A stretch of DNA of 64,000 nt. It comes from the human T2T-CHM13v2.0 reference genome, Homo sapiens. Positions 12,991 through 28,348 of the stretch are shown here, piece by piece. The notes below the pieces were generated by a model. The model searched no databases, was not told where the DNA came from, and saw nothing but the letters and a program-made list of their open reading frames with translations. Positions within the stretch are counted from its first letter, which is position 1. Every line of letters begins with the position of its first letter. The stretch is from the NCBI RefSeq assembly GCF_009914755.1, contig NC_060927.1; one strand, given 5' to 3'. The translations under genes were made by a program, and so were the position numbers.

Positions 12991-15900
12991 AGTTTACAAC
13001 CTAGCATTTTGCTAAGTATAACAAAAATTGATGTAGGAATTTTGATAGCCGATGCTGGAAACAGCCCACATATTCAACAACTGGAAATTGTATAAACAAG
13101 CTGTAGTATATTTTGGAATACTACTTAAAAAGAACTAACCACTAATACATTAAAACATTGATGAATCCCAACCTGTTGCACTCTTCTCATTCTGTACCTG
13201 ACAGTATGTTAACCAAAAGAAGCCAAATACAAGAGTATACACTGTGATTCAATTTATGTAAAGTTAAGACTCAGCAAAACTAATCTATAATTACAGAAAC
13301 CAAAATGTGATTGCCTGGGGGCAGAGAGAGAAATTAATTGGAAAAGAGCATGACAGAATGTTCTAGGATAATAGAAATGTATATTATATATCTTGTTTTG
13401 TGCAGTGGTTACGTGGGTGTAAGAAGTTGTCAAAAGTCATCAAACTTAATGCTTAAGATGTGCAGAGTTCGTTGTATGTTAACTATAGTTCAATTTGAAA
13501 AATTAACTACTGAGAAACATTGAAATCCAATGACATTCCTATCCAAATACATATTTGGATAGGAAAAACATCTTGTAAAGATGTCAGTTCTCCCTGTTCT
13601 CAAAATAACAAGAAGTTTTGCCTTGATTTTTGTTTTTGAATTTAGCAAAATATTCAAAAGTTCATCTGGAATTATCAGCCAAGTTTAATAAGACTGTGAA
13701 GGGACTTTACAGAAGCTACTTGGGCTGAATTTAAAGGATGAGTATGATTAAAATGGCAATAAATGTGAATATGAGGTAAAAGATTATGGAGCATATTTAC
13801 AAAGGCAAAAAACTGTAAAGGGAAAAGATTGATCTAGTAAGATTAGAGCTTGGAGTGTGGGAAAAATAAGAGAAGAGCACAGTTGTAATGTTTGAGGCTT
13901 GAGTCAAGGCTGTATTGCATAGTTACTAGAGATCCACAATATTGTCTTAATTGAGTAATGGTGTAATTAGATATATGTTTTTAGATAGCCAATTCTAGTG
14001 ACACTGTAGATAATGAAGTGGGTGGGGAGAAATTGGATACTTTGTGCTTTCAGGGCCTCTTGTCTTAGTTCATACTGTCTACTTAACCTGTTGCACTCTT
14101 CTCATTCTGTACCTGTCAGAAATCAGGCCCACTTTCTCCTAAAATTACCACGTTCTGCCTTGTAGATTGTTAGATAATAAGGTCTTTTCAACCTCATTTA
14201 TATACTTCATTTATATACTTGTATGAGTGTTTTTCTCCTCCTTTCCTTTCCATCACCCATCCCTTTGCTTCAGCTGCTAGTGTCTTAATAGAAGGTAATT
14301 GCTTAATGAATGCTTGTTGAATTAGAGACAGATCAGTCCTGCATATGAGAACTCTTTTAGGGTCTAATAGTGATAGAGAAGATTGAAAAAAAAAGGTGAT
14401 GAATTTGAGGGTAATTTAAGGGGTGGAAGTGATGTCATGCAAGAGAGGAGTTGAAAGCACCAAATGTTTTAACCTTGGAGATTGAGAAAGTGGTGATGTC
14501 ATGAAGAATGTATTCCACATTTGAATAATGAGCAGAGTAAGAGGTACCAACAAATGAAACAATTAAAGGAGGCCATAAAAACAACAGAGATCATTTCAAC
14601 ATTCTATTGAGGAAATTTGGGGGGACACACTTTAATTAAATAATAACATCAGTATTTCTTTACCTTTGTAACTTTTAATTAATGAAGATGTTTTAAGATG
14701 AAATATAAAATGTGAACCTGAGAACTGTTTAACATTTAACATTATGGATATACATATCCATGTTTAGAATGTTCTCTGTGTATTAATGCATGATTTTGTC
14801 ATAAATACCCCACTAGGAAGAGAAAGGTCGGAGAGAGTGTGTGTGTCTCTATGTGTGTGTATTTGTGTGTTTTGTCCTGGCAAAAAGACAAACTGAGAGA
14901 ACAGAAGAACAAAAGAGCAGTACTGAAAATAGCTAGATTAAAGGTTGTTTTTCTGTCACCACACACCAGATATGGAGAGTAGTAAAAGCAGACAGATGGA
15001 CAGTTCTGTTAGTTTTGGAGTGTGTGAATAGAGAAAAGAAACATTCTGTTCCTTTTATTCAGAAAAGGAATTTCTAGACTAAATTACTGGTATCAGCAAT
15101 AAGTTTCATATTCTGACCAAAGAAACATTATTTTTTTTTTACCCTAGGGATAATGACTCATGCTGTTCTCAGAATTTTGCTTTTGTGGAAACTAAAGTGC
15201 AGTCATAAATACGGCACTGTTATTTAGATCTTAGTGCTAATGATACTATTGTGAGTAGACTAGTGATGGGTAAGAACACTAGTATTATAAACCCAGTTGT
15301 AACAAAGAAACCAAGCACATCTTAATTAGCTGATTCTAGATGGGAAAGTAGATTTTTTAAACAAATTAACTAATTGTTTTAATTCTGTGAATTATGCAAT
15401 AGAAATAGGACCCATAATTTTATTTTTTTAATACTTCATTATTTTGAGGGGTTTATGTCAGAAGTTAAATTTCTAACTTCCAATATTGACAGTGGAGATA
15501 ATTAAACATATTTTCTCTGCCTTTTTTCCTTATGTTCCTCAAAATTAGTATAAGTCTACTAAATCATAGTCACATACACCATAAAGCACCTATCAAAAGA
15601 GTATCAGCTAGGTGAAGTTCAAAGATTATATTCTAGTTTTATTTTAACCTTTAAAGTCTTGTAATTTAAGAAATAGAGGTTTGAATGTCTTCTTTATATA
15701 CCATAGTACTAGATGCTCTCACTCTGAATTTTTACCATGTCAGGATACTCCATCACATATTTATCTCTGTAATTATAATTATTGGGCACATACACAAAAG
15801 AGTTGTCCTTTACGGTATCTCTGTCCAACCTAAAAACTTTCCCATTTCTCTTCACTTTAATCTCTTCAGTCGTTCCCTTTCCTGAATTACCTCTTTACTC

Positions 15901-16215
15901 CCTAGTGACGGCTTAAAGTTTTAGATCTTAAAGTTCCCTTTTTCAAACTTTCTTACGTCTTCCTCTGTGCCTTTATTTTAATGTCAGCAGAAGTTAGCTC
16001 ATGAATCATAACATGTGAAGCAGTTGTTTGGAATAATTGACAGCTTTTAATGACTTATGTTAAATAGCCAGTTTAAAAGTTTTTGTCAGTTGATAAGCTT
16101 TATAAAGAAGCATTTTAATGTATTAAATCATTGTAAGTAATTTATTGTTTAACTGCATGCCTTGGGTGGTTAACTAATGTCATACAGAGCATCAGTGAAT
16201 AAGAGTGGCAGTATT

Positions 16216-16509
16216 GGCTGGGTGCTATGACTCATGCCTCTAATCCCAGCACTTTGAAAGTCAGAGGCAGAAAGATCACCAGAGCCCAGGAGTTCAAGAT
16301 CAGCCTGGGCAACATGGCGAGACCCCATCTCTGCATTAAAAAAAATTTAGCTGGGCATGGTAGCACACACAGGTAGTCCTAGTTCCTAGCTACTCGTGAA
16401 GCTGAGGCAGGAGAATTGCTTGAGCCTGGGGTTGGGGCTGTAGTGAGCCGTGTTCGTAGCACTGTACTCCAGCCTGGATAACTGAGAGAGACCCTGTCTC
16501 AAAAAAAAA
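16216..16509 (+). mobile_element. AluJ-like
   Basis: Diverged dimer, gagcccaggagttcaag, gagaccctgtctc + A-tail. Confidence 0.9.
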
Positions 16510-19175
16510 GGGTAATATTCTACTCACTGATCATGTATGTTGCTGCTTTTACACAGTTATACCCATTTCAGTTTGTCATTCTCATTGCTTGCTTTTTAAG
16601 GTATAGTAATTATAATTTCCAAGATACTTGGTACATTGAACTGTACATAAGTATAAATAAATAGTAAATGCTTGAAAGGGAAAATAAAGACCACTTACTA
16701 ATATTTCTCTCCCACCATTGAAGTATTTTGGCTGTATTGTATTATCGAAAAGATGGATTTTTTAGAAATCTGTGCTTACATGACTTCACATTGTTGTTGC
16801 TTTCATTCATAGAACTTGTCTTCACATCTTAGCTAGGTGACACTTGTGCTGAAATTAAGCTACCCTCTCTCTGATTGCACTTCTGGGAGATCTGAGTTTC
16901 TTTGCTTGCCAAAGTTATTACTTCAAGCTTTCCTGTTGTGAAATAGCCCTTTTGCCAGAGATCAAATACTGAAGGATGATAAATCACTATTAGTCAATAA
17001 TTGCTTGCAATGGACATTTTCATTATTACTAACATAATACTAGGATATTTTGTTATTGCCAGAAAATGGGGCAGATGGCAACCAATTACATCAGGATATA
17101 AAGTTATTGTTTGGTCTTTATCATGGAAAAAGCATTGTTATTTAAATCAAATTTTTACTGTATATCATGTCTTTCATCCAATGTCGTAACATCCCAGATA
17201 GACTTGGGGTGTATTCACTTAAAAAAATACAATATCTTACGTTCATTAGAGTATAGTTGGAAGAAAATGTATTATTTTTGCAAGAAGCTGTTTATGGATT
17301 TATCTGATTAATTTATGTAGAGCCAGGAAAAAGTTGTTTTGACCAATAAATTTGGCATTTGAAATGAGCAGGTTAAGAATAGACATTAAGTGATCACCTT
17401 AAGTGCAATAAAATTTCAGTGCACTATACATTCTGTGCTTTATATCTATTTGTAAGAATACCAATAATATATCAATATGGTATAAGAGGAAAGAATAAGA
17501 GATTACTATAATAGCTCCTAAGAAAGGAAATCAGTCCAAGGACATAGGCTGAGGTTGTGATGTGGACAAAAAGATAATAGCAAGGATAGATAAATAACTA
17601 GACAAAAATGTCAGGGACCTAAGTATTTATATGGCAAACAAGGATACTCAGTACATCTAGAGCCAGACTTTTTCCAGTGTCTAATCCTTGTTGTATATTA
17701 AATACTTTGGGAACTAAAATATGTTTTATGACACTGTGTTAACTGATGCATAATTATGTAATGGAAGCCATTAGGGCCTGTGTCTTGGCAGGAATTAAAC
17801 TAAAAGCAAGGTCCTTCTAGTATTTTTGGTAGAAGATTATTGGCTAGTGCCTATTTTCACAGCACATACTACTAAAATTAGGAGGACGACAGAAGACGAG
17901 CATTGCCCCTCCCTGTGCAAAATTGATAGACACATTCAAGAAGTATTCCATATTTTTAAGCTAATCTTTTTATTTGATTCACTTACCAGCAGGCTGTTTT
18001 CCTGCTGCAAAGCAAATTGGTGGAGTCCATTTACACCTTCTCCTTAGCCTATAAGTATTGGCAGAATCACCACCACGATCACAGCAGCACAGTCCAGACA
18101 GTGTCATTTGATTTTGAAAATATTGTCCTTGCAACAGCCAGCTAGGACAATGACATACTAATATCTGCTTTGCTTATTATTTGTGCCTGGGAGTATGTAA
18201 TCATAGTCAACAGACACCATAGCTACAGTTTTATGACACTTGGTCTCAGGAAATAGAGAACTCTACAGAAGACAGTAGACCATGATGAAGCTTTATCATT
18301 AGTCCCTGGTTCTCTCCCCTCCAGATCACTTTGGCCTTCTGACAGACAGTACAGATAAATCTGTTAAGTTTGGAATGTTGAATTGGTCAAAAATGAAAAT
18401 AATAGTCCAAAGCAAAAAGACCTTCTGTGAAACATATGTGGATGCAATTAGGTGAATATATTGTATCTGCTGGTGTCCCCAAAGTTGATAGCTTTATTTA
18501 TTGGACCAGCCTAGACTGAAAATCTTCTGTTTAGGCATTTTGGTGGGGATTTTTTCCCCTCTGTGGATACCGACTGTTATATTTAAGGAAGATAGAACAA
18601 TTGGTTCTACCAAGAAACCTGTAGCTAACCCAAGTTTCACTTTATGATGGCAGCACTTTAAAAGTTTGGTATGAAAGACTCATCTCTTCTTCATTCTCAA
18701 GACAATAGGGCTAATCAGTGAGATGCAGGCAAGTTTTAATTTATCTAAATACTAAAGAGTATCACTAGAAGGGATAGTACTTGAATACAAGTCCCTATGG
18801 TGACTAAATTATGTCCTCACCCCATGATATAAGGAAATAAGCTAGCCGTTGATTTTTGATGAAGAAAGACTGTGGGAACAGTGTGTAGCAACTGTTTTCC
18901 AAGAAGTTATCCACTCTCACCCATAGTAGTGGAAAGACTTGAAAGAAAGTTGTTGAGGTGTTCAGAGCCACAGAAAGGCCTATTAAGTCATTGAGCTATA
19001 CTAGAAAGAAACATAAAAACAAAAGAGCAGAAGCCATTTGATAAACTTCAGGGGGGAGAAGTTCTAATCCCTGATGACTTACAGAAACATCTTGCCTTCA
19101 GCTTCTTACAGATCTTTAAAAGAATCAGGTCAAGTGATTTGAAAGACATATTGCTAATATTACCTTTTTCTAGAT

Positions 19176-20054
19176 TCTGTAGAAATAAACCATTTTTCCT
19201 CTGCTCTCACACTACAATAATCAACACAGAAGACTTCTGTAACTGCTGGTCGCCAAGAAGTATATGGGGATTTCTCCCCACCAACAATCAGTCAGTTGAT
19301 TCTGCCGCAGATTCTTCAATAGACAGCAGTTGAGTATCCTGTAATTCAATTCAGTTCTGACACTATCTGCCTAGAGATAGCATCAGATCCCATAGATTGA
19401 GGGCTCAGTCACAAGACTGCCATCCATTTCCAATGGCAGTCATAAGCTTCAGGTTGTTTTACTTGTGCTTCTGACTGACTGGCTATAAATCAGCGTTCCC
19501 ATGACCCCCTCCTTGGGTTTGATTAATTTGATAGAGCAGCTCATAGAACTCAGGGAAATACATTTCTCGGTTTATTATAAAGAATACTACAAAGGATATA
19601 GATGAAGAAGATGCATAGGGCAGGGCTTGTGGGAAGGGGTGTGGAGCTTCTGTGCCCTCTGTGGACACACCACCTTCCAGGAACCTCCACTTGTTCAGCT
19701 ATCCAGAAGGTCCTCGAACTCAGTCCTTTTTGGATTTTTATGGAAACTTCATTAAGTAGCATGATTGATTAAATAATTGGCCATTGGTGATCAGCTTAAC
19801 CTTCAGCCCCTCTCTCCTCTGAGGAGGTGGGTAGGGGGTGGAGGTAGGGGTAGGACTAAAAGCCCCAGTTCTTTAATCTTGCCTTGGTTTTTCTGGTGAC
19901 CAGCCCTCATCCTGAAGCAACCTAGGGGCTGCCAGCCACCAGTCAACTCATTAGCATACAGAAAGACCCTTACCACTTTGGAGATTCCAAGGAATTTAGG
20001 AGCTGTGTGCCAGGAGAGAGGACAGAGACTAAATATGTATTTCACAATATCACA
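19176..20054 (-). mobile_element. Solo LTR, MER21-like
   Basis: caattcagttctgacactatctgcctagagatagcatcagatccca...ggctataaatcag...aatatcaca; flanking tagat direct repeat. Confidence 0.78.
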
Positions 20055-21085
20055 TAGATGTTCTTAATTTAATTAAGATGTTAATCTAGATATTCTTAAA
20101 CTCTTAATGAACTCAACAAGCTGAGCCCTGGATAATGTACCCTTTTGTTTCTTTCTTTAGCTCACAAGAAGCCAGGAAACAACTATTTTATAAGTCAGCC
20201 AAGTCCAGAATGGTGTTAGCTTCATTATGGCAAGAAAGAGTGAAGTTACTTTTCGTGAAGCCCTGGGCTTTTTGAAGAAAAAGAGAGGAGAGGTGGTTTT
20301 AACATTGACTTTAAGTTGAAAAGTAGAGCCCTTTTATACTTTTTTCTTTAATAAATCCATCAATCAAGAATGGAACAATGTGTGGTTAGCATCATCTTTG
20401 AAGTTCCAAGTCACAAAGGGATTTTCTTCCTGAAGTATGTGGGATGTGAGTCATTTGTAAATGGGAATTACGAAGGACAATGAGCCCTATTTTTTTTGGT
20501 TATCATCAATATAGGTTTGGTTATAAACTTGTTGTAAAGAGTTAAACCATCAGGACCTTTTCTCTTAGAGTTCCACAGGAGCTGAAATGTTTGCTTAGTA
20601 GGAAATCGCAGTAACATTTCAAGAACCCTTCCGTATTTTGCATTTCCTTTATATTAGACCATGATTCCTTGCTAAGTTGGTCTCTTCATTGATCTCATTG
20701 GTTAAATTTTCATTGAGGCAACCAGGTGCATAGACTTCTATTTTCACTGTCTTCAGTATATACAGTTGGTCCTGAAATGGATATACAGCTGGCAAACTTA
20801 AATACCTTAGGATTGTTTCTCTCTTTATGCAAAAGATGCTATTTTTTAGTCATTTTATAAGGGAAGTGTTTTTTTTTTCCTAATTTAAAAAATTACCCTC
20901 TATATGATAACCAAATTTCCTTTAAGTGTTGCTTCAGTGAACCAAATAGTGTTTTACTAAGTGTAGGAGTTCTAGCTAGATAATATCTACCATCTCTTTA
21001 CAACAAGCCTGAAACAGTAAGTTCTGTTTCCCTTTCTGGACACATGCATTTAGATAACATTGATCCAGTAGATAAGAGAAAGGGA

Positions 21086-21766
<681 letters not shown>

Positions 21767-22755
21767 CTCATTTAATTCTTATAACATTACTGTGAGATAG
21801 TAACTATTTTTATTCACCTTTTGCAAATAAGGAAACTGCCTTCAAATGAGCCTACAAAGAAGACTTAAGAATTGGAGAGTTCTCCCTAGGGTCAGTGGAA
21901 TTCAGGATGATGGTGCACTGATCTCAACTAAAACGAAACTACTGGTTGGACCATTTCTTCTCAGGACTAGATTGTGTTAATACACATTCTTCTCTTTGCT
22001 ACTATATGTTAAATAATCTGGAGATTTCCATAATGTTTCCAGGTTCCTTGGTTACTCATTTGCTACAGGTGTTGCTAAAGATGTGTAAAAGCTCAAGTCA
22101 CTAGTTAGGCTCTCTTTGTGGTTTGATTAGCTTTTGTCCTTTTCTTTGGCCAGGAGACACTCTAATTCTGTCCACCTGTCTTACCAGTGCATGCCATTGG
22201 TCACAAGGTGGGTTGGTTAATATAAAGGAATAAATGAATTGGAGACCAAGTATTGTACTACTGGAAAAACAAAGGCAAATGTTAGTATATTTTTTTCCAT
22301 TTGGAATAGTAGTCATTCTTTTAGTTCTGTATTTTGAAATCATTATTTACCAATACAGTCTTCTTGATGTGAAAATGCAAACAGAGTTTTCAGTGTTACC
22401 TGATTTAGGGTCACTGGAACTGAGAGTGATGGTTTACTTCTGACTGCCTGCTGCTGCTTTTATGTGAAACTGTGATAATCTGCCTTGACTCCCTTCCTCC
22501 TAGGAAAGAAAGAAATAAAATAATTAAATAAGAAAAATATTTAGTAGAAAACTCTTTATCACTGTGGAATCATTTGTATCCTATTAAATGGTATATTATG
22601 AAATATATATCGTTTTCCACATTAAGTACATTTGCCTTTTCTCATAATCCTATCTCACCTTCACCTTTATTAATGTTTAGTCACATTTTGAGCTTATATT
22701 TTAAGAAACTTTAATTTGTCCTTTTGCATGCTGAAATTTGAATTTTTAAAATTCA

Positions 22756-23129
<374 letters not shown>

Positions 23130-24494
23130 TTAAATACCTTAGGATTGTTTCTCTCTTCATGTAAAAGATACATAAAGTGACTACACATTTCAGTATCTGG
23201 TATGGTTTCTCTTTATAAAATACAAAATTTAAAGTTCATGCTTTATCTAATAATCTAAGATCCAAGTATTAATCTATACTTCATTAATGGTTCTTTACCA
23301 CATTTGATTCTGCTATTCAAACTGGATTCTTTTAACCCAACCTTGGTCACATTTACTGATAATCAGAAGTCCACATTGCTATAAATACTACTCACCTAAG
23401 CCTTGATTATTTGTCATTAAAAAAAAAATGTGTTAGCACAGATCCTCTCTAAACCCATTCATGGGCCTCATATTAGGAAACCCTTGTCTTATATAATGCA
23501 TTAAATCTCTGAAATATATTTTTATAACATGTTTCTTAGCACTGTAAATATGAATTTGATAATGAAAATGAATTGCAGTTCCTCACTAAAGGAATTTAAA
23601 TTTTTTGCATACTAGTGATGAGGACTTGATTTTCCACCCTGAAGTTGTAAAGGTCTTTCAGTCTCTCTAAAAGTGTGAGTTAAATCTGTTTTCTCACGGC
23701 CAGCTTTTAAAGGTCAGTGAAGGACGGCACTTTGAAAGAAATGGATAATATGCATCCTTCCAGAGCTAGTATATATTACAGCTGTCCCTTTGGACTCACT
23801 CCAGAAACAGCTCAGTGACTCTTAGAGGAAGAGAATTTTAGAGGCCCTAACTGGGGCCCAGAAAATTGTACTGAAGGATACTTGCTTCCTGTGCATCTCC
23901 ACTATAGTAAAATTTGTTTAAAATTACGCTTCTTAGCCCTCAAATCCAAATGGTCTCTTGAGTGCTTTTGATTTTTCTTTAACCATCCGTTTCCTACTAT
24001 TTCTACTGCTACCTCGCTTTGTTCAGGCCCTTGTTACATTTTCACTAGAGTAATTTCAACAATTTAGTTTTTCTACCTGCTCTTCTATGCTCTAGGATTA
24101 TAGTGCATAAAAAAAAGTGCACTATATATATAGTGCACCCCCCCCACCACCCCCAGCATAAAAGACCCTATCCTGAAAAAGTTCATAGCCTAATAGGAGG
24201 TCAAACATGACTACAGATAATTTTAATGAGTATGTTGAGGTACAGTTATAGAAATACATATAAAAGGCTGTGGTAACATTTAAAAAGGGAGTAACTGACT
24301 CTAGAAATATTTAAAGTAACTTTCAACTGCAGTAATAAGACCATTGAATTATTAACCCAGATTTGAATCATGTTGTTTCTGTAGCAAATGTAGAGGGAAG
24401 TTTTGTTCTCCTGTTCCAAATCAGACTAAAGATTCATTTGGTAATTTAAAAATCAGAAAAGCTTTTTTTTTCTCTCTCTCTCTCGTTAATGGGT

Positions 24495-25101
24495 TGTAGG
24501 GGGGTGAAAGAACCGTCTCTGTCTCCTCTGGAGGCTCAGTATTTGAGTCCAAGAAATAAACTTGACAGTAGACAGATTAACAGGAGAAAAGGCATGTAAA
24601 TGTATCGTATGCATATGCATAGGGGTCCTACAAAGTATGAGACTCAGATAAGGGCCAGACGGCTGAAGCTTAAATAGTACTTTTAGCTACAGAAACAAAT
24701 ATGGGCTTAAGGCTCCTGGAGGGTGAGGGGAAGAACTGTACTGTGAACGAAAATTGTCTTGCTCTGCGGATAAAGTCTCTCAGATAGTAGCCCTCAGAAG
24801 AATAGGTGAAAAGTCTGTATGGGCCTGGTGTCTTGGGTGTGCGGACCTCTAGTCTCCTCTCCTGTGATAGGAGTTAATGTAAATTCCAGAGATGGGGTTC
24901 ACAATTCCATTCCTTCTGGAGGAACTTCCGTCTTGATAAGGGAAACTTCAGAGAAAGCCCTTTCTTCACTTGAGGAGAGAAGATGAAGAGACAGAGGTAC
25001 AGGGGAATGTCAGACCTTGGTTCTGATGCTGCTTTTTTAGTTCAAAGAACTCATCATGTCAAAGTGTCATACTTTGGGGTATAGTTTCCTGACCCCTAAC
25101 A
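24495..25101 (-). mobile_element. Solo LTR, ERV1/MER4 group (MER31/MER67/MER101-like)
   Basis: TG...CA termini; gacagtagacagattaacaggagaaaa; atgtcaaagtgtcatactttggggtatagtttcctgacccctaaca. Confidence 0.68.
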
Positions 25102-25439
25102 TGAGCAAATAAAGAGATGTAACTGAGTTAGCCACAAAACTATTTTTTTCTGTTGGCTCTATCCAAAAATGAGAGTGGAAAATGTTCTGTGAACATATAT
25201 CTAAAAGTATGGGTAAAACTTGTTTTACAAACTGTTGGTCATTCAGCAAACATTTAAACAGCTTCTATACTTGTGGAACATAAATAACTAGAAAATACAA
25301 GCTGCTTATTTTAGCAAATTGTGGCTGTTTGCATTGCTCAGGCTGCCAGTTGTGCCAATTGTGCTGAGGTATGCTTCAAAATAACTTTCTTTCTTATTTT
25401 TAATGACTTTTTAATGCAGGTACAATATCGATGTTTTAA

Positions 25440-25767
<328 letters not shown>

Positions 25768-26418
25768 TAAAAACATAAGTATTTTAAACATAATACACTT
25801 TTGAAATTGAAACCTGAACTGAAATATATAAAATATACTTTCTGCATATTTTAAAGTAGTTAAGCCAGAAAACATCTTAGGCTGTATTTATAGAGACTGG
25901 TAATCCATAGTCAAGTAATAGTTTTCTGTACTCTGCCTTGGAAATACTGATTCCAGAATATTGTAGTAGATTTTCATTGCCACATTTTGAGATGAATATT
26001 AGCAAAAGGGCATATCCAATGATGGCAAAAATGAGATGGTAAACTATCTTGCCTGAATTATGGTTGAAGGAATTGGTGGAAAAAGACCCAGGGGAAATTC
26101 TAATAGCTTTCAAGTATGTGATGAGATAGAGAAAGTGGAACTGAGGGAATGAACAAGATAATTTAGGAGTAACTATGTTTAGGGATAACTTCAGAATTAC
26201 TCCACAAAAAGTTCCCTGTCAGGCAGTAAGCTCCCAGCAATGAAAGTACCCACTTAAATCACTTCTGAGATACTTTCCTATTTCAAGATTTTAACTTAAG
26301 GGCTTAAAGAACTTAGGTTGACACTGTATAGGACTGTAGTTTGCAGAGGCAGGGTTTGGGATAACTTCTTAGCCACTGGGCACTTATGCGGTTGATACCA
26401 GGTAATTCTAATACATTA

Positions 26419-26642
26419 CAGGGATCAGCAAACTTTTTTTCTGCAAGATGCCAGATAGTAATATTTTAGGCTTTGCAGGCCATATGGTCTCTATAGCATC
26501 TGCTCAACTCTGTTGTTGCAGTGCAAAAGTATTGTTGACATTATGTAAACACAGTTTGTTACCTGTGTTCCAATAAAACTTTATTTACAAAAGCAAGTGG
26601 TGAGTTGGATTTGGCCTGTGGGTCATGCTTTGACGACCCTTG
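26419..26642. mobile_element. MER58A-like hAT MITE
   Basis: cagggatcagcaaactttttt...gccagatagtaatattttaggctttgcaggcc...tttgacgacccttg terminal inverted repeats. Confidence 0.85.
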
Positions 26643-28048
26643 CCTTAACTAATGAAATCTAGAAATAGAGTTCTAATGTAAATATAGAAAGGCTTTCAAT
26701 CTAGGGATTAAAAATCGAACTGTCAAGATGTCATTGTCTTCTTGGTCTGAAAGAGTACACATCAAGTGTTCAAAATAGTGAATTGCCCAATGAATTAAGA
26801 AACTTTCCAGTATAAAAGTCAAATGACAATGGAGAATCTGATACTGTTTTTTACTCTTTATTTCTGCTACTTAACGTTGTTCTTAAAGGCGTCGTTACTT
26901 CTGCTGGGTAGTACTGTCTACTCAGTTGGACTGCTGATGCAGACCCAGTCCATACCAACAAGTTAACACAGGTTCAGGCCTTCTGAGAACCAAAAGATTT
27001 TTAAGTACTTCCTTCCTAAATACAGTAACTTTTAACAGTAATTTTAACACCAGAAGCAAGAAGTAAACAAAAATCTCTGATGATCGAGGCATCTGTTGTC
27101 ATATATTTTGTGCTCCTAAGGTCATACAGCAGAGCCTCTTGTATTATCTTTTGGTCTGTTGGCCTTTAGTTTATAGTTTGTAAAATGGTGGTCACATGTC
27201 AATGCTGACTAGAAGAAGGAGATGCTACTGTAATCAGGCAGGTTGGCCTTCGCTGAGAAGTGACCATTGATTGCTAGAAAACAAAGAAATGGGAGGCATT
27301 CAGCAACCTGGGGTTGTTGGTTTTAGGACCAGAAATGTACCCCCAAGTCTCCACCAAATTTCTCAATAATCCTGAAGAGTTTTGCTGTTTGTGTTTTAAT
27401 ATAACACAGTAATTGGTGCTTGTAATGAGGACTATAATTCATCAAAAAGGTAAATTGTGAATTGTGCACACGCACACACACTCTTCTAAGCAAATGGGAC
27501 TGCTCTATTTTGAACAGTCTTCAAATTGAAATAACTTATTTCGATATGTAGAAAATTAGGATAAGCAAAACCAATTTATTTACTCTTAAGAGTTCCAGAT
27601 AGTAGTGATTTGTCAGTATGCATATGAATCTTTAGTCCTGGCATTCTGAACTCAAAACCTCAATAGAGTGGTTTCTTGACCCTTAAAGTGTTTTATTTTT
27701 AGTAAATACATTTTTAATTCTGTGACCTCAAACCTCCAAGCTACATTATGATTTCATAATTTTATAGTGATTTATCCCCCCATTGCTTTAAATTTAATAA
27801 TCCCATCCTCTTTATTGGTATTTAATTTTTTCTGTAGTCTAAAGGCCCTTTTATTTAAAATGTTATATATTCTGATTTCTTAATTTTAGGGATTTTTCTC
27901 TAGACAATTGAGAATATGTAATTTTTACACTTTAATGTTCATTTGATTATAACCTACACTTGAAAAGCAATTTTTAAAGAAATCTGAGAGAATTTAAAAA
28001 TCATTTTAAAAGCATCATGTCATTTTTAGCTCAAAATACTTCAGAGAA

Positions 28049-28348
28049 TTTATTTTATTTTATTTTTTTTGGAGACAGGGTCTTGCTCTGTTGCCCAGGC
28101 TGGAATGCAGTGGTGCCATCACGGCTTGCTGCAGCCTTGACCTCCCAGGCTAAAATGATCCTCCCACCTCAGCCTCCTGAGTACCTGGGACCATAGGCAT
28201 GTGCCACCACACCTAGCTAATTTGTTTGTTTTTTTGTAGAGATGGGGTCTTGAGCCCAGGCTGGTCTCGAACTCCTCAGCTCAAGGGATCCTGCTGCCTC
28301 AGCCTCCCAAAGTGCTGGGATTACAGGTGTGAGCCACAACCCCCAGCC
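28049..28348 (-). mobile_element. AluJ-like
   Basis: gagacagggtcttgctctgttgcccaggctgg...ctcaagggatcc. Confidence 0.92.

Noticed and set aside
14500-18900. Long repeat-poor stretch of intron 1 that could hold enhancers
   Set aside because: No motif or structure I can support from sequence alone; needs conservation and chromatin data
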